From Gemmatimonadota bacterium (GTDB taxonomy: Bacteria > Gemmatimonadota > Gemmatimonadetes > Gemmatimonadales > GWC2-71-9), in NCBI GenBank assembly GCA_003222155.1, contig QHUU01000063.1, positions 4,794 to 68,793 on the forward strand: a stretch of 64,000 bases of DNA. Reading direction: 5' to 3'. Positions 59,429-64,000 of the stretch are shown one piece after another; position 1 is the stretch's first letter; each line of letters opens with the position of its first letter. Position numbers and translations under genes: made by a program. The notes below the pieces were generated by a model, which did not search any database, was not told the origin of the DNA, and saw nothing but the letters and a program-made list of their open reading frames with translations.

Positions 59429-60299
59429 CGAACTCCCACAGCTTGTCCCGGTAGGCCCGCCCACCGCGGTCGTAGGTCTCGTTGTGCCCCGCGCCGTGGA
59501 TCAGGACCAGCTGGACCGGTCCCGACGCCGCCGCAGCCACCGCTCTCCCCATCGCCGTCGGCACGAGGCGGTCGGCATCTCCGTGGAACACGAGCACCGG
59601 GGAGCGGATCTGCTGCATGCGACCGACGTTGTCGAGTGAGAGGCGGACGATAAAGCGCGGCAACAGGGCATACAGCTGACGCGCCATCGCAGCCGCGCTG
59701 GTGAACGGGGATTCGAGGATCAAGCCGGCGACGGGATGGCGCGCCGCCACCCAGGTCGCGGCTGCGGTGCCGAGCGAGCGGCCGTAGACGTAGATGCGGC
59801 CCGGGTCGACCCCGGGTCGTGCCACCAACGCCGCGTAGGCGGCGTCCGCCGCGCCATACAGCGCCGTCTCGGTCGCCCGGCCCGCGCTCCCGCCGTAGCC
59901 CGGATAGTCGACCACCAGGACGGCCGTTCCGGGCGGCTGAAACTCGCGCACGATGGGCCAGATGGCCGCGATGTTTTCGCCGTTGCCGTAGAGCCAGAGG
60001 AGGCCAGGGGAGGTTGCGGAGGCTGGAGGAGGTTGCGGGAGGTTGATGCGGTGCGGAACGACCTCCCCTAACCTCCCCCGTCCTCCCCCAACCTCGGGTT
60101 TCAAGTACCACCCGACCAGTCTGGTTCCGTCCTCCATCGTCACCTCGACCTTCTCCCCGTTCGCGACGCCGACGCGTTTCGGATCCGGGACCGGGGCGCG
60201 GGGCGCCGGAAAGGCGAGACGCTCCTGGAACCGCCACGCGAGCAGCACGAGCAGCGCGTACGCCAGCGCGAGCCCGAGCGCGATCCGGAGGGCGAGCAT
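59421..60299 (-). CDS. Alpha/beta-fold hydrolase (membrane-anchored) carrying a repeat-derived insertion
   Basis: N-terminal TM segment. Nucleophile elbow GRSLGT, then GDADRLV and GAGHNE (Ser-Asp-His triad). Confidence 0.85.
   Translation of the reverse strand: MLALRIALGLALAYALLVLLAWRFQERLAFPAPRAPVPDPKRVGVANGEKVEVTMEDGTRLVGWYLKPEVGGGRGRLGEVVPHRINLPQPPPASATSPGLLWLYGNGENIAAIWPIVREFQPPGTAVLVVDYPGYGGSAGRATETALYGAADAAYAALVARPGVDPGRIYVYGRSLGTAAATWVAARHPVAGLILESPFTSAAAMARQLYALLPRFIVRLSLDNVGRMQQIRSPVLVFHGDADRLVPTAMGRAVAAAASGPVQLVLIHGAGHNETYDRGGRAYRDKLWEFVK
60007..60097. repeat. Imperfect purine-rich/pyrimidine-rich palindrome (GGAGGTTGC-type units) inside the hydrolase CDS
   Basis: GGGGAGGTTGCGGAGGCTGGAGGAGGTTGCGGGAGGTTGA ... 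ACCTCCCCTAACCTCCCCCGTCCTCCCCCAACCTC. The inner GGGAGGT/ACCTCCC pair is exact. Confidence 0.6.
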
Positions 60300-60313
60300 C
60301 GGGGGAAGTTAAC

Positions 60314-62023
60314 TTGCAGCCTGCGCCTGGAACACAAATCTTTGGAGCCGTGACCACTCAGCCGACCTGTCCCGCGTGCCGCGCGGAAATCCCGTCGGGC
60401 TCGGCGTTCTGCCCCGCCTGCGGCACGCCGTCGCCCACCGTGATCACGAATGAGCGCGCCACGGCGACGGCGGTGCCGGCGGCGGGGCTCGCCGGTGTGC
60501 CCACAGCGCAGCGCATGGCACGCGCGCTCGGGTCCAAGTACGAGGTGCGACGCCTGGTGGGCCGGGGCGGGTTCGCCGAGGTGTACGAGCTGTGGGACAA
60601 GGATCTCGACCGGCGCCTGGCCTGCAAGGTGCTCCACCCCGAGATCGCGTGGACGCCGGGCATGCTGGCGCGCTTCCGCCAGGAAGCGAAGGCGCTGGCC
60701 CGGCTCCAGCACGCGTCGATCCTCCCCATTCACTTCACGGGAGATGGGGAAGGGCTCGTCTACTACGTCATGCCGTTCGTGGAAGGAGAGTCGCTGGCCG
60801 ACACGCTGCGGCGCCGCGGCACCTACGGCACCGAGGCCGCGCTCGCGGTGGCCGAGCCCGTGCTGCAGGCGCTGGCCCATGCCCATGCCCAGGGTCTGGT
60901 GCATCGCGACATCAAACCGGACAACGTGATGCTGGAAGCGAAAACCGGCCGAGCCCTGCTCGTGGACTTCGGGATCGCAAAGCTGCTGGACCCCGGCTCG
61001 GGCGAGGGCAGCGCCAAGACGGCGACGGGCTTCACCGTCGGGACGGTGCAATACATGAGCCCCGAGCAGGCCCTCGGCCAGCCGACCATCGACGGGCGCA
61101 GCGATCTGTACGCGTTCGGCGCCATGCTGTACCAGATGGTGACGGGCACGCCCCCCTACGACGGCGCTTCGAGCGCCGAGATCGTCGGCAAGCACCTCGC
61201 CGATCCCGTGCCGGTGGCGAGCGAAGTCAACGCCAAGATCCCGCGCTGGCTGTCGAGCGTGATCGTCAAGTGCCTCGCGAAGCAACCGGAGGACCGCTAT
61301 CAGAGCGCCGACGAGGTGCTGGCGGCGCTCGAGGCCGGCCGGGCGTCCGGATCGACCGGGCTGGTCGGAGCGCGCACGCTCGAGCGGCAGGTGCGGCGCT
61401 CGGGGGAAATGCGCTCCCGTACGGCGCGGCTCGGCTGGTGGGCCGCCGGGGCGCTGGCCGTGCTCGTCGGGGGCGGCATGGCGCGCCGCGCCGGCTACCT
61501 CGGGTCCGGGGTCGCCTTCGTCCACAACGGGCTCGTCGAGCCGGTCGAGATCCTGCGCGACGGCGTCCCGTTGGACACGGTGGGACCCGACGGGACCCAG
61601 CGCCTCTGGCTCTCGCGTGGGCGCGACACGGGGTTCGGCTGGCGACTGCTCCGGCCCGGCAACCCTCCGCTGGGCGAGCCGATGGAGGGGCCGCTGGGTC
61701 CCTTCACGCGGATCCGGGGACGACGCGTCGCGCAGGTCGCGGCAGAGGTGGGACGCCAGACCTACTTCGCGCCCCTCATCACCAACACCAGCGCGTCGGA
61801 CATCACCGTCGAGGTGAACCCGGGGACCGCCGCCGCGGCGCGCTGTGGCTGCCTCGTTCCCCGCGGCGCCGTGCGTACGCACATCGGCTACTATCGGCTG
61901 TATCGCAACTCCGCCGTCGCCGCGTACAACAGCGCCCACCCCTACACCGGGCCGCACGTGGACCGGGAGGGCTTCGCGGCGCGCGTGACCCCGCCGAACG
62001 GGGCCGTGGTGCTCGAATTCTAG
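60314..62023 (+). CDS. Ser/Thr protein kinase with N-terminal zinc ribbon, one TM segment and an unknown extracytoplasmic domain
   Basis: CPACRAEIPSGSAFCPACG. Kinase motifs GRGGFAEVY, LACKVL, HRDIKPDNVML, DFGIAK, GTVQYMSPEQ. TM segment WWAAGALAVLVGGGMA. Confidence 0.9.
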   Translation: MQPAPGTQIFGAVTTQPTCPACRAEIPSGSAFCPACGTPSPTVITNERATATAVPAAGLAGVPTAQRMARALGSKYEVRRLVGRGGFAEVYELWDKDLDRRLACKVLHPEIAWTPGMLARFRQEAKALARLQHASILPIHFTGDGEGLVYYVMPFVEGESLADTLRRRGTYGTEAALAVAEPVLQALAHAHAQGLVHRDIKPDNVMLEAKTGRALLVDFGIAKLLDPGSGEGSAKTATGFTVGTVQYMSPEQALGQPTIDGRSDLYAFGAMLYQMVTGTPPYDGASSAEIVGKHLADPVPVASEVNAKIPRWLSSVIVKCLAKQPEDRYQSADEVLAALEAGRASGSTGLVGARTLERQVRRSGEMRSRTARLGWWAAGALAVLVGGGMARRAGYLGSGVAFVHNGLVEPVEILRDGVPLDTVGPDGTQRLWLSRGRDTGFGWRLLRPGNPPLGEPMEGPLGPFTRIRGRRVAQVAAEVGRQTYFAPLITNTSASDITVEVNPGTAAAARCGCLVPRGAVRTHIGYYRLYRNSAVAAYNSAHPYTGPHVDREGFAARVTPPNGAVVLEF

Positions 62024-62070
62024 CGCACGCCCCCGACGCCCAGCTCCTCACCAGGGCGCGCGGCGCCCTG

Positions 62071-62967
62071 TTGGGGTTGGTGGTCGGCAATCAGCTCGGG
62101 GTGCCCACGGAGCGGCTCGGCACCGCCAAGGCCATTCGGGAAGCGTTCCCCCAGGGCGTACGCGATCTCCAGCCGCCCCCCAAGGGGTCGCCCTTCGACG
62201 ACGACGCGGCCATGACGCTGCTCCTGGCCGAATCGCTGGCCGAGCGAGGCGACCTCGACGCCACCGACGTGGCGGGGCGGTGGGTGAAGTGGATGCGGGT
62301 CGACGGGCGCGGCGTGGGCCTGACCACGCAGCGGGCGCTGCGTCTGATCGAGCGCGGCGTCGAGCCGTTCGAGGCGGGTCGCCAGGCGCGCACCGCGGGG
62401 GCCACGGCGTCGAATGGGGCGGTGATGCGGTGCATCCCGGTCGCGCTCCGCTACCACGACAACGTCGACAAACTCATCCGCGTCTCGACACAGCAGGCGG
62501 CCATCACCCACGCCGACGAGCGCTGCACCTGGGGAGCGGCGGCCGTGAACCTCGCGGCGCGCGAGCTGCTCCACGGCAACCAGTATTTCATCGAGGAAGT
62601 GCTGCACCGGCTGCAGGGCGCGGCGCCGCGCGTGCTGATCGAGGCCATCCGGCGCGTCCCCTGGGAGCCAGAGAGCGACCTCCCCGTGGCCGTGCCAAAC
62701 GAGTTCGGCTACGCGGTGCACTGTGTCGAGATCGCGTTCTGGTGCGCGGTACACCGCCCCTCGCTCGAGGAGGCCCTCATCTTTCTCGTCGAAGCGGGCG
62801 GCGACACGGATACCAACGCTGCGGTGGCGGGGGCGCTGCTGGGGGCGCGGCACGGGGAGACGGGCATCCCGCCGCGCTGGCTCGATCAGCTGGGGAGGGC
62901 GAGCACGCGTGGCGTGTCGGAGCTGGCGGAGAGATTGATCAGGGGGACCAGCCCTGAGCAGCCGTAA
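62071..62967 (+). CDS. ADP-ribosylglycohydrolase family protein (start codon uncertain)
   Basis: GALLGLVVGNQLGVP, DDDAAMTL and EAGGDTDTNAAVAGALLGARHG motifs. Family-conserved residues (RARGALLG) extend upstream of the first canonical start (TTG 62071), back to about 62017. Confidence 0.8.
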   Translation: MGLVVGNQLGVPTERLGTAKAIREAFPQGVRDLQPPPKGSPFDDDAAMTLLLAESLAERGDLDATDVAGRWVKWMRVDGRGVGLTTQRALRLIERGVEPFEAGRQARTAGATASNGAVMRCIPVALRYHDNVDKLIRVSTQQAAITHADERCTWGAAAVNLAARELLHGNQYFIEEVLHRLQGAAPRVLIEAIRRVPWEPESDLPVAVPNEFGYAVHCVEIAFWCAVHRPSLEEALIFLVEAGGDTDTNAAVAGALLGARHGETGIPPRWLDQLGRASTRGVSELAERLIRGTSPEQP

Positions 62968-63001
62968 GCCTTGAGACCTGCGGCTGCTCAGGGCTTACGG
63001 C
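62952..63001. terminator. Two mutually exclusive hairpins between convergent genes (bidirectional terminator candidate)
   Basis: CCCTGAGCAGCCG (62952-62964) pairs with CGGCTGCTCAGGG (62981-62993) over 13 bp. Alternatively GCCGTAAGCC (62961-62970) pairs with GGCTTACGGC (62992-63001) over 10 bp. Both stop codons lie inside. Confidence 0.45.
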
Positions 63002-63533
63002 TTGCGGCTCTCCTTACGTATCGACTGATCCGGTCCATCACGACGCCGTCGGTGAGGGTGATGGACACCCAGCGGGCGGTCCCGCGCCCTCGCCAGCTGA
63101 GCCGCACCACGCGGCGGCCGTAGCGCCATTGCCAGGCGCCAGCCCCGAGCACGTGGGGCCTGCCGAATACGCGCGTGAGATCGCGCTTCGTTCGCTCCAG
63201 CAGCGCCACGCCACGCGCGTTGCCGAACCCCGCCGAATCATACAGCGCGACCATGTCGGCGTCGCTCTCGATGAAGTGGGCGCTCAGATAGAACCGCGCC
63301 CCGTCGCGGGGATCGCGGATCAGGACGGCACACTCCATGATCTGCGCCGTGCGCGGCGACGTCTGGCAGCGCAGCACGTCGTTGTCCGCGAGCGCCCGCG
63401 CCTGCTGCACGAACGCCCGATAGCCGATACCGGGCGTGAAGCCGCGGTAGGCCGGAGGAGCCGGCGCGGCGGCTTGGCAGAGGAGCTGTGCGGGGAGGAG
63501 CAGGGCCAGCGCGGTGCCCCGAACCGGAATCAT
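62988..63533 (-). CDS. Secreted hypothetical protein
   Basis: Signal peptide MIPVRGTALALLLPAQLLCQAAAP. No family recognised. Confidence 0.5.
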   Translation of the reverse strand: MIPVRGTALALLLPAQLLCQAAAPAPPAYRGFTPGIGYRAFVQQARALADNDVLRCQTSPRTAQIMECAVLIRDPRDGARFYLSAHFIESDADMVALYDSAGFGNARGVALLERTKRDLTRVFGRPHVLGAGAWQWRYGRRVVRLSWRGRGTARWVSITLTDGVVMDRISRYVRRAASRKP

Positions 63534-63563
63534 GGGCCCAATATAAAGCGCCACAACGCAAAC

Positions 63564-63588
63564 GGGCCCGGAGCGTCGCTCCGGACCC
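63564..63588 (-). terminator. Hairpin terminator downstream of cspA
   Basis: GGGCCCGGAGC GTC GCTCCGGACCC (one G-U/mismatch). On the minus strand it is followed by TTTGCGTTGTGG. Confidence 0.55.
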
Positions 63589-63611
63589 GTGGCAACTGCG
63601 ATCCGCCTCGG

Positions 63612-63812
63612 TCAGACCTTGCGGACGTTCTGCGCTTGCAAGCCTTTCGGACCCTGGGCGACCTCGAATTCGACCGTATCGCCCTCTGCGAGGCTGCGGA
63701 AGCCCTCGGCCTGGATCGCCGTGAAGTGGACGAACACGTCCGGACCCGACTCCTGCGCGATAAAGCCAAAGCCCTTCGCGTCGTTGAACCACTTCACCTT
63801 ACCCTTTGCCAT
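63612..63812 (-). CDS. cspA: Cold-shock protein (CspA family)
   Basis: [18 protein letters not shown] (RNP1) and VFVHF (RNP2). 66 aa. Confidence 0.95.
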   Translation of the reverse strand: MAKGKVKWFNDAKGFGFIAQESGPDVFVHFTAIQAEGFRSLAEGDTVEFEVAQGPKGLQAQNVRKV

Positions 63813-63970
63813 ACCGTTTGAACCTCAGCACTGAGGGGCACTGCCCCGGACATGTTCGACGCTGGTCACCGCGACCAGAGACGGGCTCAAACAAAAACCG
63901 CGAGACAAGTGGTCCTCGCGGAGCGCAGACAAACCGGTGACGGTGCCACGTATTGCTTGAACCGGGGCAA

Positions 63971-63999
63971 AAGGTAGGGTGCGACGGGAACCCTGTCAA
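63971..63999 (-). promoter_or_regulatory. Sigma-70-like promoter candidate for cspA with a ~150-nt leader
   Basis: Minus strand: TTGACA (63999-63994), 17-nt spacer, TACCTT (63976-63971). A long 5' UTR is typical of cspA-family genes. Confidence 0.35.
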
Positions 64000-64000
64000 T

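Noticed and set aside
62017-62071. Programmed frameshift fusing the Ser/Thr kinase to the ADP-ribosylglycohydrolase
   Set aside because: No slippery heptamer or stimulatory structure is visible at the junction. Separate but coupled genes is the simpler reading, so the observation is kept only as a start-codon ambiguity.
1-64000. tRNA, rRNA, tmRNA, transposase, integrase, phage or toxin-antitoxin genes
   Set aside because: I found no T-loop/acceptor-like tRNA signatures, rRNA-like stretches or recognisable mobile-element proteins on visual inspection. tRNAscan-SE, Infernal and ISfinder searches would be needed to confirm their absence.

Overview
This is a very GC-rich bacterial chromosome segment (roughly two-thirds G+C or more by eye, not computed). 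It is almost entirely coding, with about 60 protein genes. I saw no rRNA, tRNA, CRISPR array, transposase or integrase. The gene content (two SusC/SusD pairs, TonB-dependent receptors, a porin, several ECF sigma/anti-sigma pairs, an aa3-type oxidase) points to a diderm of the Gemmatimonadota/Acidobacteriota/FCB kind; the taxon cannot be fixed without a database search. Left third (1-19 kb): a truncated glycosyltransferase, a secreted serpin, an APC permease, two SusC/SusD pairs flanking a Tat-exported M20 peptidase, and an ECF sigma/anti-sigma locus with CBM48-like domains. 19-26 kb: metE, an Nfu-type Fe-S protein, an ATP-grasp enzyme, a methyltransferase, a second ECF/anti-sigma pair and greA. 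The centre (26-45.5 kb) is a large respiration/haem island. It starts with an operon combining an Mrp ATPase, a ferredoxin, USP domains, a radical-SAM/SPASM enzyme and four PCP_red (BchB C-terminal-like) domains. These are translationally coupled to a CydB-less cytochrome-bd-like membrane protein and three c-type cytochromes, one with an EB_dh-like domain. This operon is the most novel-looking system in the window. Downstream of it come a cupredoxin, coxBACD, ctaB, a HemQ-Rieske fusion and hemEHY. Right third: tkt, lepB, a TonB receptor next to a PQQ dehydrogenase with a lanthanide-type D-x-D motif, a porin, infA, an MCP coupled to a periplasmic binding protein, a Ser/Thr kinase next to an ADP-ribosylglycohydrolase, and cspA. 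Several small dispersed palindromic repeat families and G-rich heptamer arrays are present. Some are embedded in coding sequence or span gene junctions. All calls rest on reading the translations and the DNA by eye; no searches were run.
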